Shown piece by piece: positions 34,124-41,246 of a stretch of 41,833 nucleotides of DNA. Origin of the DNA: a virus. The stretch lies in the IMG/VR virus record IMGVR_UViG_3300045988_100766; one strand, given 5' to 3'. The notes below the pieces were generated by a model. That model searched no databases and was not told the DNA's origin. It worked only from the letters and a program-made list of their open reading frames with translations. The position numbers were made by a program, and so were the translations under genes. The first letter of the stretch is position 1. The number at the start of each line of letters is the position of its first letter.

Positions 34124-34417
34124 ATGGATATTACTACGCTTGGCACCGTAACCGCCATCGTCGCCATCTGCTACCTGATCGGTCTGGCCGTTAAGGCCAT
34201 CCCAAACATCAAGGACAACATGATCCCCGTGATCGTCGGCCTGTGCGGCGGTGCGCTGGGCGTTGCCGGGCTGTACCTGATGCCTGAATTTCCCGCTGAG
34301 GACGTGATGAACGCCGTGGCCATCGGCATTGTGTCCGGCCTTGCGTCCACCGGCGTGAACCAGGTATATAAGCAGATCACCAAGGATAAGGACGAAAAAC
34401 CGCCCGAACAGATGTAA
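34124..34417 (+). CDS. Holin
   Basis: 97 aa with 2-3 TM segments and a charged C-terminal tail; lies in the lysis cluster. Confidence 0.7.
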   Translation: MDITTLGTVTAIVAICYLIGLAVKAIPNIKDNMIPVIVGLCGGALGVAGLYLMPEFPAEDVMNAVAIGIVSGLASTGVNQVYKQITKDKDEKPPEQM

Positions 34418-34432
34418 CAGGGGGTGATCCCC

Positions 34433-34627
34433 ATGCGCTTTGACCGCATCCATCAATCGCGCATCGACGCGGCGGAGGCCGCCTACGGGCTGACGGACGA
34501 CGAGCGCGAGGTGCTGTCCCTGTCCCGGCGCGGGAAGTCCGTGGTCGCCATCGGCATGGAGCTGGGCATGAGCACCCGAACCGTCAGCCGCCGCAGAGCG
34601 GACATCATGCGCAAGATCAACATCTGA
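34433..34627 (+). CDS. Small LuxR/GerE-type HTH protein
   Basis: LTDDEREVLSLSRRGKSVVAIGMELGMSTRTVSRRRADIMRKI. Confidence 0.65.
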   Translation: MRFDRIHQSRIDAAEAAYGLTDDEREVLSLSRRGKSVVAIGMELGMSTRTVSRRRADIMRKINI

Positions 34628-34631
34628 CAAC

Positions 34632-34654
34632 GCCCCCTTCGGGGGGCTTTTTTT
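34632..34654 (+). terminator. Terminator ending the late operon
   Basis: GCCCCC-TTCG-GGGGGC followed by T7. Confidence 0.85.
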
Positions 34655-34670
34655 ATTTTGTAAAAAGTGG

Positions 34671-34699
34671 TTGACAAATAGACGAAAAGATGGTATTGT
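34671..34699 (+). promoter_or_regulatory. Promoter TTGACA-17-TATTGT with TG extended -10
   Basis: Read directly. Confidence 0.6.
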
Positions 34700-34705
34700 A
34701 ACAGC

Positions 34706-34817
34706 GTCGGGAGATAATCCCGCTGTCAGGAAGCAATTCCTGTGGGTTGAAATGATTTTAGGTTGTATAATGGTCTGGGACCAGAAAAGAGCTCCGCAGA
34801 AATGCGGGGCTTTTTTT
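34706..34817 (+). ncRNA. Structured ~110-nt leader or sRNA ending in a strong terminator
   Basis: Hairpins ACAGCG/CGCTGT, CAGGAA-GCAA-TTCCTG and TGGTC/GACCA, then an 8-bp stem (34791-34810) followed by T7. Confidence 0.5.
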
Positions 34818-34924
34818 GTTGCCCAAATGGCGCGAAGCTGGCGTGAATGTGGCGCGTTTTAACCCGTGTTTTGTGCGACAATCAGCACACCGGGAACCCC
34901 GGAATAACACAAGGGAGGATTATC

Positions 34925-35500
34925 ATGGACGTTGAATACACTCGCAGAGGCCAAGGCAATCTGAATACTGTGCTTGGCGCAATCGGCACGGCTGGCGCCG
35001 TTGGCATTCTGAACGGCGGACTGGGCGGCCTGTTTGGCGGCGCGCGCAATGTGAACGTCAACGGCGAATGCAGCGAAAATCACCTGGTTGATCGCTATGA
35101 TGCTTCTCAGCAGGCAAAAATCGCCCAGCTTGAGGCCGAAATTAAGCTGCGCGACAGCACCATCTATACCGATCAGAAGAGCCTTGCGCTGTACCAGTAC
35201 ATTGACGGGCAGATCAAGGAGATTCGCGGCGAACTGTCCGATCAGCGCGTACACAACCAGCGCACCGAGGATAGCTTTGTCTTGGCGCGTCAGGATCTGG
35301 CTACCGTTAAGGCCGAGCTGGACGGCAAGATCAAGATGGAAGCCGAAAAGCGCTGCTGCGGCGATAACTCCATCGTGACCTACGCAAACGCCACCTTCTA
35401 TCCCAAGCAGGTTGCTGACGTGACCGTAGGCACTGCCACCACCGCGCAGAGCACCTATAATCCGCTGCCCAAGTGCGGCGATTGCTGCTGCAACAACTGA
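34925..35500 (+). CDS. Cargo protein: Gly-rich hydrophobic N-terminus, coiled coil, Cys-rich C-terminus (KCGDCCCNN)
   Basis: SD AAGGGAGGA upstream; 191 aa. Confidence 0.6.
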   Translation: MDVEYTRRGQGNLNTVLGAIGTAGAVGILNGGLGGLFGGARNVNVNGECSENHLVDRYDASQQAKIAQLEAEIKLRDSTIYTDQKSLALYQYIDGQIKEIRGELSDQRVHNQRTEDSFVLARQDLATVKAELDGKIKMEAEKRCCGDNSIVTYANATFYPKQVADVTVGTATTAQSTYNPLPKCGDCCCNN

Positions 35501-35561
35501 CAAAAGCGGGAGGGCTGGCGCTGACCGGCTCTCCCCGTTTTTCTGATTGGAGGATTACGTA

Positions 35562-35909
35562 ATGGTTAGTATTGAGACCATAGAGCGCGGCCTTGCGCAG
35601 TATATCGACGCTGAATTGCTGCCTAAATTGCCGCAGGACGGCCTTAAAGGCTTTGGCGTGCGGTCGATGGCTACGGCTATTGTAATGCGCGGGGGACGGC
35701 TCCTGAGCGCCTACGCGACCTGGAAGCCTGCGCAGATCATGGGCGCTATTACGCCTGACGGCGCAGTTGATATAGATTTTTTGCGCGATGTTTTCAAGGG
35801 CGGCATCCAGCAGGGCGGCCAGAAAATTGATTTGCCGCTGGGTGTGTCGCTGAGAATTACGCCTGAGGATGTAGATCACATATACAGCTACATCATGCAG
35901 GCGCAGTAA
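35562..35909 (+). CDS. Hypothetical cargo protein
   Basis: ATG lies 7 nt after GGAGGA. Confidence 0.55.
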   Translation: MVSIETIERGLAQYIDAELLPKLPQDGLKGFGVRSMATAIVMRGGRLLSAYATWKPAQIMGAITPDGAVDIDFLRDVFKGGIQQGGQKIDLPLGVSLRITPEDVDHIYSYIMQAQ

Positions 35910-35919
35910 GGAGGAAATC

Positions 35920-36228
35920 ATGAAAGAACTGAAAGAAGTCATCCGCGACATCGGGGAAATCCTGGACAGCGCGGAGATGTACGCCAAGGAAGCCGTCAAG
36001 CACAAGACGCAGTATCCTTCCCTGGCCGGTGTCTATTGTCGCATCGCGCAGGACGATCTGTCTCACGTCGATATGCTGCACAAGCAGGCCGTTGAGATGA
36101 TTGGCGAGCAGAAGCGCTCCGGTGTGACCGTTCCCGAATCCATGCAGGCTGTGTGGGATTTTGAGCACGAGCGCCAGATCGAGGACGTGGCGGACGTGAA
36201 GCGGCTGATCGATATGTACAAAGAGTGA
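35920..36228 (+). CDS. Hypothetical helical cargo protein
   Basis: SD AAGGAGGA upstream. Confidence 0.55.
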   Translation: MKELKEVIRDIGEILDSAEMYAKEAVKHKTQYPSLAGVYCRIAQDDLSHVDMLHKQAVEMIGEQKRSGVTVPESMQAVWDFEHERQIEDVADVKRLIDMYKE

Positions 36229-36242
36229 TGTCGGCCAAAGAG

Positions 36243-36264
36243 TATTACACGCAAGTTACACGCA
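36243..36264 (+). repeat. Arm-type repeats TATTACACGCA + GTTACACGCA (attP left arm)
   Basis: Read directly. Confidence 0.7.
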
Positions 36265-36298
36265 AATAACAAAAAACGCCGATTTTACTTGATGATTG

Positions 36299-36363
36299 TA
36301 CCCCTGCTAAGGGAGTAGACTGGGATAACCGGTGCGAGAGTTCAAATCTCTCCTTCTCCGCCA
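36299..36363 (+). other. attP core: 3' portion of a tRNA-Ser(GCU) (anticodon stem-loop to CCA), no 5' half present
   Basis: CCCCTGCTAAGGGAG (anticodon loop CUGCUAA), a long variable arm, T arm GAGAG-TTCAAAT-CTCTC, then CTTCTCC-G-CCA. No GGAGAAG lies upstream. Confidence 0.75.
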
Positions 36364-36366
36364 AAT

Positions 36367-36407
36367 GTGCGAAATCTGCTTGAAAATAGCCGGTTTCGCA
36401 CTTTTTT
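36367..36407 (+). terminator. Terminator following the tRNA fragment
   Basis: GTGCGAAA...TTTCGCAC followed by T6. Confidence 0.6.
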
Positions 36408-36512
36408 GTGCGGTTTTGAGGGCGAAATGGGGGAAATGCGCTGACATACGTGCACAGATGCGGAATGGAAGTATTGGTTGATTATCGTCCCCTGCTTTTG
36501 ATTCTGTGCGCC

Positions 36513-36560
36513 TATTACACGCAGTATTACACGCATGCGTGTAGTTGCCTATTACACGCA
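36513..36560 (+). repeat. Arm-type repeats: TATTACACGCA x3 direct plus one inverted copy (attP right arm)
   Basis: Direct copies at 36513-23, 36525-35 and 36550-60. Inverted copy TGCGTGTA at 36536-43. Confidence 0.75.
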
Positions 36561-37673
36561 ATTCTCCGGGTCTCGATCAGGGCGTTTCATGGTGTTCGCA
36601 GCCTCGTGCGCGTCGCTGTCGTCGGGGTGCACATACCTGTCCATCATCTTGGTGCTCGACCAGCGCATGATCTTTTGCAGCACCTGCGGCGGCGTGTGCT
36701 CGTCTACGGCGTGGATGGTGGCGGTTGTGTGTCGGCAGGAGTAAGGCGTGAGCTTGCGCGTGATGCCGGCGGCCTTTAGCGCTCTGTAGTATCGCTTGTA
36801 AAAGGCCATATCGGTCATGGGGTACAGGCGGCCATCCTCTCCGGCCAGCGCCATTGCGTCCTCAAGCACGGGGCAAATGTCGTCTGGCAGGAACACGGCG
36901 GACTTTTTGCGCGTGTCCGTTTTGATGCCCACGCCGACGATCTCTCTGTTGGGCAGGTCGATCATGGATACGGTCAGCTTGAGCATTTCGCCGGTCATCA
37001 TGCCGGTGTAGATCATGATCAGCGGGATATGTACGTTGGTATCGCCGCGGTCGTACAGCGCCCACAGAAGCCGCTGCTCTTCGTCCGTAAAGGGCATGCG
37101 CTCATTTTCGTTGTTTTTCGGCAGCTTGATCATCGCGGGCAGATCCTTGTTGCACCATCCGTCAGCAGCGGCCAGTTTGAACAGGTTTGAAAGCAGCTGC
37201 TTCGCGTCTCTGGCGGGGTAAAAGGTTTTGCATGTGGAGCTGACAGCCTCTTGTAGGTCGGCTACCGTGATCTTGTTTACCGGCATACGGCTGATGGCTT
37301 GCAGCTTGTTCCACGCGATTTTGTAGGAGGTGCGCTTGCTTTCTGACAGGTCCTCCATCTGGCGGCCATAATACAGATCCCAATAGTTGCATAGGAGCGG
37401 CGTGCGCTTCGGGCGCGGGGTTTCAAGCAGGACAGCACAATAATTGATGGCTTCCGCTTTTGTCCTGAAACCATCCTTTGTGCGTTTGATCCGCTTGCCG
37501 TCTTCCTTGTATCCAAGCGTGACTTCTGCCGTCCAGCCTTTGCCGCGCCTGAAAGCGGTGCCGGTTCCGTTCGTTCTCGTTTTTACGCCCTTGGGCTTTT
37601 CCTGCCGCATCCCGCACCAGGGGCAGAACGGCGCGCCGTCCGGGATTGCGCCCTTGCACTTTTTGCATTCCAT
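36552..37673 (-). CDS. int: Tyrosine integrase with N-terminal zinc ribbon
   Basis: CKKCKG...CPWCG. Catalytic region SCRHTTAT...MDRYVH (H-x-x-R...Y). Adjacent to attP. The start could lie as far upstream as 37721. Confidence 0.9.
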   Translation of the reverse strand: MECKKCKGAIPDGAPFCPWCGMRQEKPKGVKTRTNGTGTAFRRGKGWTAEVTLGYKEDGKRIKRTKDGFRTKAEAINYCAVLLETPRPKRTPLLCNYWDLYYGRQMEDLSESKRTSYKIAWNKLQAISRMPVNKITVADLQEAVSSTCKTFYPARDAKQLLSNLFKLAAADGWCNKDLPAMIKLPKNNENERMPFTDEEQRLLWALYDRGDTNVHIPLIMIYTGMMTGEMLKLTVSMIDLPNREIVGVGIKTDTRKKSAVFLPDDICPVLEDAMALAGEDGRLYPMTDMAFYKRYYRALKAAGITRKLTPYSCRHTTATIHAVDEHTPPQVLQKIMRWSSTKMMDRYVHPDDSDAHEAANTMKRPDRDPENCV

Positions 37674-37742
37674 GGCTTTTTTCTCCATTTTTAACGCATC
37701 ATATGTGATTTGCGTGATCACTTTTTTATCAGATGTGACGGA

Positions 37743-38288
37743 TTATCCATTCATGGATATTGGGCGAATTAACCCGCCTTCCCGACGCCAGCCTGTAACG
37801 CGGTGGATAAAGCCGTAGTTGGGATCGAGCAGATCAAACATCAGCAGCAGGCCGAAGACAAAGGACATGATGATAATTGCAACGATCATCACGTTGATCT
37901 TGTGCCGCAGCTTTTTAATTGTGCCTTCCAGCGCTTCTATCCTGTCCTGATCGTCCCCGTGTGATTTTTCCTTTTCATCCTTTAAGTACTGCACATTATG
38001 CCTTAAATAGGCTATCAGGTCGCTGGTGTGCTGCTGCGGCGTGTAATCGTGTATCACGGTTGGCTCGTGCCGGATGCCCGCCAGCTCGTCCAGGGAGCCG
38101 TCGGCAGATCGCACCAGAGCGGCCACAGTCTGAAACTGCGGCGTGGTCTGTCCGTCCAGGATGCGCGTGATCGTCTGCCCGCTTATGCCGGATACGGCTT
38201 CCCACTGCTTGATTGTCCAATTTTTGCTGCTGCGCAATCCGGTCAGATAGCCCGCAATGTCCATGCGGTTGCCGTTTGTCTCATCCAT
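37743..38288 (-). CDS. XRE-family HTH regulator with coiled coil and C-terminal transmembrane helix
   Basis: WTIKQWEAVSGISGQTITRILDG (HTH_3) and TM helix VMIVAIIIMSFVFGLLLMF. Lies directly upstream of int. Confidence 0.65.
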   Translation of the reverse strand: MDETNGNRMDIAGYLTGLRSSKNWTIKQWEAVSGISGQTITRILDGQTTPQFQTVAALVRSADGSLDELAGIRHEPTVIHDYTPQQHTSDLIAYLRHNVQYLKDEKEKSHGDDQDRIEALEGTIKKLRHKINVMIVAIIIMSFVFGLLLMFDLLDPNYGFIHRVTGWRREGGLIRPISMNG

Positions 38289-38430
38289 GATGCTGATCCC
38301 CTCACCTGTGATGTATTTTGTCCCATGGCTGATAGCGCAAAGGCCCGTATCTGATAAAAAGATGATCTTGCAAATCATGCATGCTTGCGTATGGTGTAAT
38401 TATCGAATAAAACAGAAGGAGGCTTACACC

Positions 38431-38544
38431 ATGCCAAGGAGAAACTACCCGCCCAGGAGCCGAAAGCGCAAGACCACATTTGATCTGCCTCCGCAGGTAA
38501 TCGACCAGATTATCATGCGCAGGGACGAAGAACGTATACATTAG
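38431..38544 (+). CDS. 37-aa basic ORF
   Basis: SD GAAGGAGG at 38415-38422. Under 60 aa, so not in the ORF track. Confidence 0.35.
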   Translation: MPRRNYPPRSRKRKTTFDLPPQVIDQIIMRRDEERIH

Positions 38545-38640
38545 TATATGACAATACGCGCTGGAGTATGACAAAAAGTGAGGAGAATTTTCACCATTCC
38601 GTGCGGTTTATCCCCATCCAGCACCAGTTTGTCCAATCGC

Positions 38641-38670
38641 TTGACAAATTGGAACGGATGTTCGTATAAT
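38641..38670 (+). promoter_or_regulatory. Promoter TTGACA-18-TATAAT
   Basis: Read directly. Confidence 0.55.
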
Positions 38671-38771
38671 ACCAGCGGATGGTTGCTACAGCACTGCTCA
38701 ACATCTCCAATCGTCATGTTATAATTGTATCACTATTTACCAGATAATAAAATGTAAGGAGACATACCAAA

Positions 38772-38909
38772 ATGGACAAATACGAAATCAAGTACGGATG
38801 CACTTTCCTGACGAACGACATCAAACGTATGATGAAGAAAATGAACTACGCATCCTTGCGAATCGTGTGGCAGATGATGCGCGCCCTGACTGGCGATCCG
38901 AGAGGTTGA
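38772..38909 (+). CDS. 45-aa ORF (MDKYEIKYGCTFLTNDIKRMMKKM...)
   Basis: SD TAAGGAGA upstream; lies downstream of the promoter at 38641. Confidence 0.4.
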   Translation: MDKYEIKYGCTFLTNDIKRMMKKMNYASLRIVWQMMRALTGDPRG

Positions 38910-38948
38910 CATACGCTTAAAAAGGCTGGCAGATGCATGCTGGTCTTT

Positions 38949-39467
38949 TTATTTGCGGATTTCAACCGTCACGCGCCTTGACCCATTCTCTACGACAAAA
39001 GAAAGCGGTTTGTTGGATCGCTCAATCTCCGCAGGAACCTTGAATGTATATATGCCCGTGGTGGAGCCTAACGGGATAAGTTCTTTCATAGTAGCCAAAA
39101 AATTTCTGTAGTTTTTAAAAGTACTATTGTATGAGTATTCGTTGTCATACACGACGCTTGTGCTCCATGCTCTTTCAACGCTTGTAGTAAGCTTATGGCT
39201 TGTTGGATTGTGAACCGTAGCATTTACAACAACCCATCTATAACCATCTTCGGCGCGGCCTAAATCTTCAAGCATGTAGTCGGAAAAGTATACTTTGTTC
39301 ACTTTCATTTCTACTTCTCCCAAAGAGAAAGTTTGTCCTAAAGAAACCGACACCTTCTCGATATTGCTATCTCCGACAAAAATCTCTAATACAATACCCA
39401 AAGCAAACACGAAGCCTATAAGAATGATACAAAATACTGATAACTTGTTATGCTTCTTTTTCTTCAC
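38949..39467 (-). CDS. Membrane-anchored DUF4352-like protein
   Basis: N-terminal TM helix LSVFCIILIGFVFALGIVL followed by a beta-rich domain (GYRWVVVNATVHN). GTG start overlaps the upstream TGA. The segment is AT-rich. Confidence 0.6.
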   Translation of the reverse strand: MKKKKHNKLSVFCIILIGFVFALGIVLEIFVGDSNIEKVSVSLGQTFSLGEVEMKVNKVYFSDYMLEDLGRAEDGYRWVVVNATVHNPTSHKLTTSVERAWSTSVVYDNEYSYNSTFKNYRNFLATMKELIPLGSTTGIYTFKVPAEIERSNKPLSFVVENGSRRVTVEIRK

Positions 39468-39862
39468 TTTTGGCTTCCTCCATTCTTCATTGCCTGCGCG
39501 ACAGACATGATAGCGTGCTGTTGTTCTGCGTTAAGCGACAATATGCAAAGCAGCAAATCCCGCCTAAATCCATCAGGATCAGCCATTATTTTCCCCAAAG
39601 CGTAGGACATCTCCTCGTCTACGGCAGATTCTTCGCGCAACGCCGAAATCGGAACATCGAATATTTCAGCCATTTGCACAATATAGCCGGGACGAGGATA
39701 CTTCTTCCCGTGTGCCCAGTCGCAAACCGACGCCCCAGAAACGCCGAGGCTTTTGGCAATAGAGCTTTGCTTGATGCCACTTTCTTCCAAAAAATGCCTA
39801 AGATTGCGAGAAAACGTAATTAGCTGCGCTTTCGTGGCTTGCTCGTTTTTCCTCTGAGACAT
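39464..39862 (-). CDS. XRE-family HTH regulator
   Basis: LRHFLEESGIKQSSIAKSLGVSGASVCDWAHGKKYP; SD GAGGTG upstream. Confidence 0.75.
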   Translation of the reverse strand: MSQRKNEQATKAQLITFSRNLRHFLEESGIKQSSIAKSLGVSGASVCDWAHGKKYPRPGYIVQMAEIFDVPISALREESAVDEEMSYALGKIMADPDGFRRDLLLCILSLNAEQQHAIMSVAQAMKNGGSQK

Positions 39863-39939
39863 ATCATCACCTCATGACTTATTATACATGTGCGATGAAA
39901 GAAAATCAACAAAAAGCTAATAACTTTATCAAAAAGGCA

Positions 39940-39966
39940 TTGACATTTGCTTTGAGCTAATATAAT
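39940..39966 (+). promoter_or_regulatory. Promoter TTGACA-15-TATAAT (short spacer)
   Basis: Read directly. Confidence 0.4.
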
Positions 39967-39989
39967 AGGCGCTGTTAGGAGGTGAAGCA

Positions 39990-40163
39990 ATGGATCAACG
40001 CTTCAAAATAACAATCAAAGCAGCGCGTGTTAATCTCAATATTTCGCAGAAAAAGGCAGCGGAAATGCTTGGAATCAACCGTTCTACGCTCAGATGGGAA
40101 ATCCTTGATAAAATGACCAACTTGTACCAGGTTTCAATCGACAATCTTTTTTTGCAGAAATAA
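39990..40163 (+). CDS. 57-aa Cro-like HTH protein
   Basis: SD AGGAGGTG upstream. ISQKKAAEMLGINRSTLRWE is the HTH. Divergent from the XRE gene. Under 60 aa, so not in the ORF track. Confidence 0.55.
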   Translation: MDQRFKITIKAARVNLNISQKKAAEMLGINRSTLRWEILDKMTNLYQVSIDNLFLQK

Positions 40164-40241
40164 TCAGCTTAAAGCTAATTGATCGTGATAACAAAAAAAG
40201 GGGGGCGGCCAATGAAAGCAATCATCATTGCGCTGGTAGTT

Positions 40242-40601
40242 TTATTTTTTGGCTGCATCCGTGAAGATTCTTTCAAGCGTAGCCCATTCTTCCGGCGACA
40301 GCTTGGCCAGGGCGGAGATCAGGCGCGCCTTGAAGGCGTCGCTGCCGGTCAGCAGATCGCCCATAAACAAGGCAATTTCTTCGTTCTGTGTTTTCTGCAC
40401 ATAAGGCTCGCCCTGTCCAGTGCGGAGCCATTTTTCATTTACGCAAAATTCTTTACAGATAGAAAGAATAATCGCATCAGAGGGGACGCGGATTCCCTTT
40501 TCATAGGACGATATTGTGCTGTCCTTGATGCCGATTCTTTCTCCAAACTCCGCCTGCGTTAGACGCTGATCTTTTCTGATGCTTTTGATTCTTTCTTTCA
40601 T
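40242..40601 (-). CDS. CI-like XRE-family repressor
   Basis: MKERIKSIRKDQRLTQAEFGERIGIKDSTISSYEKG. Divergent from the rightward early promoter. Confidence 0.8.
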   Translation of the reverse strand: MKERIKSIRKDQRLTQAEFGERIGIKDSTISSYEKGIRVPSDAIILSICKEFCVNEKWLRTGQGEPYVQKTQNEEIALFMGDLLTGSDAFKARLISALAKLSPEEWATLERIFTDAAKK

Positions 40602-40623
40602 AGTAGCACTTCCTTTCGCCAAG

Positions 40624-40652
40624 AGAATACCACGAAAATTCCACTGTGTCAA
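40624..40652 (-). promoter_or_regulatory. Leftward repressor promoter TTGACA-17-TATTCT
   Basis: Read on the minus strand. Confidence 0.55.
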
Positions 40653-40671
40653 GTTTTTTGCAAAAAAGGTA

Positions 40672-40700
40672 TTGACAAATTCCACAAGATGGAATACAAT
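40672..40700 (+). promoter_or_regulatory. Rightward early promoter TTGACA-17-TACAAT with palindromic operator ATTCCAcaagaTGGAAT in the spacer
   Basis: Read directly (operator 40679-40695). A further AATTCCAC half-site lies at 40637-40644. Confidence 0.7.
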
Positions 40701-40730
40701 TACCACGCAGTAAAGTTTAGGAGGGACAAG

Positions 40731-40886
40731 ATGGAAAAGACAAAGGAGAAAATCCTATCTAATATCGCCAAGGCCGTAAACAGCGCGCCGGACAAGCAGC
40801 AGTACTTCCTGGGGCTGGCCGAGGGCATGGCGCTGATGGCGGAGGAAAAGAAGGCGGAGAAGCCAGACGGGAAGAATGGGGCGTGA
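40731..40886 (+). CDS. First rightward early protein (51 aa)
   Basis: SD AGGAGGG upstream. Confidence 0.55.
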   Translation: MEKTKEKILSNIAKAVNSAPDKQQYFLGLAEGMALMAEEKKAEKPDGKNGA

Positions 40887-40897
40887 GGGCAAACAAG

Positions 40898-41071
40898 ATG
40901 GATGACAATCAGGAAAGGCAATACGGCAAGCCGAACCTGCCGGTGATCATTCTGGCATCTCTGATTGGGTCGGCGCTTGGTATGTATCTGTCACGGCTTG
41001 ACCATGTTCCGATCCTGTCTCATCTGGCGAACGCCGTAATTTGGCTGCTTCAAACACTCGGGTGGTTATGA
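40898..41071 (+). CDS. Possible 57-aa two-TM peptide
   Basis: Hydrophobic segments. Overlaps the convergent minus-strand gene by 125 nt. Confidence 0.35.
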   Translation: MDDNQERQYGKPNLPVIILASLIGSALGMYLSRLDHVPILSHLANAVIWLLQTLGWL

Positions 41072-41246
41072 AGTACACAGCAATGGCAATCATAAGCGGA
41101 ACAACCACGTTTTGCATTGCCCAGCGGACAACGTGCATTACGCGCTGGCGGCGGCTATAGGCTGCCTTGATCGCATCAGATTCCCGATCAAAGCGCCTGC
41201 GGGCACGCTTGGAAGCATCGGAAGACACCCAAGTAACTTTCTTCAT
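40947..41246 (-). CDS. 99-aa single-TM protein, antisense to the early operon
   Basis: ATG 41246 follows SD AAGGGGGA. An extended -10 promoter TGgTATAAT lies upstream on the minus strand. Confidence 0.5.
   Translation of the reverse strand: MKKVTWVSSDASKRARRRFDRESDAIKAAYSRRQRVMHVVRWAMQNVVVPLMIAIAVYFITTRVFEAAKLRRSPDETGSEHGQAVTDTYQAPTQSEMPE

Noticed and set aside
38541-38717. 58-aa minus-strand ORF (MTIGDVEQCCSNHPLVLYEHPF...)
   Set aside because: It has no SD sequence or promoter upstream. It overlaps the plus-strand promoter at 38641-38670. No family was recognised.
40179-40562. Plus-strand ORF with a lipoprotein-like N-terminus (MKAIIIALVVLFFGC) and SD-like AAGGGGGG
   Set aside because: Almost all of it is antisense to the well-supported CI-like repressor gene (40242-40601). 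The remainder of the product is low in complexity. I kept it only as a remote possibility.
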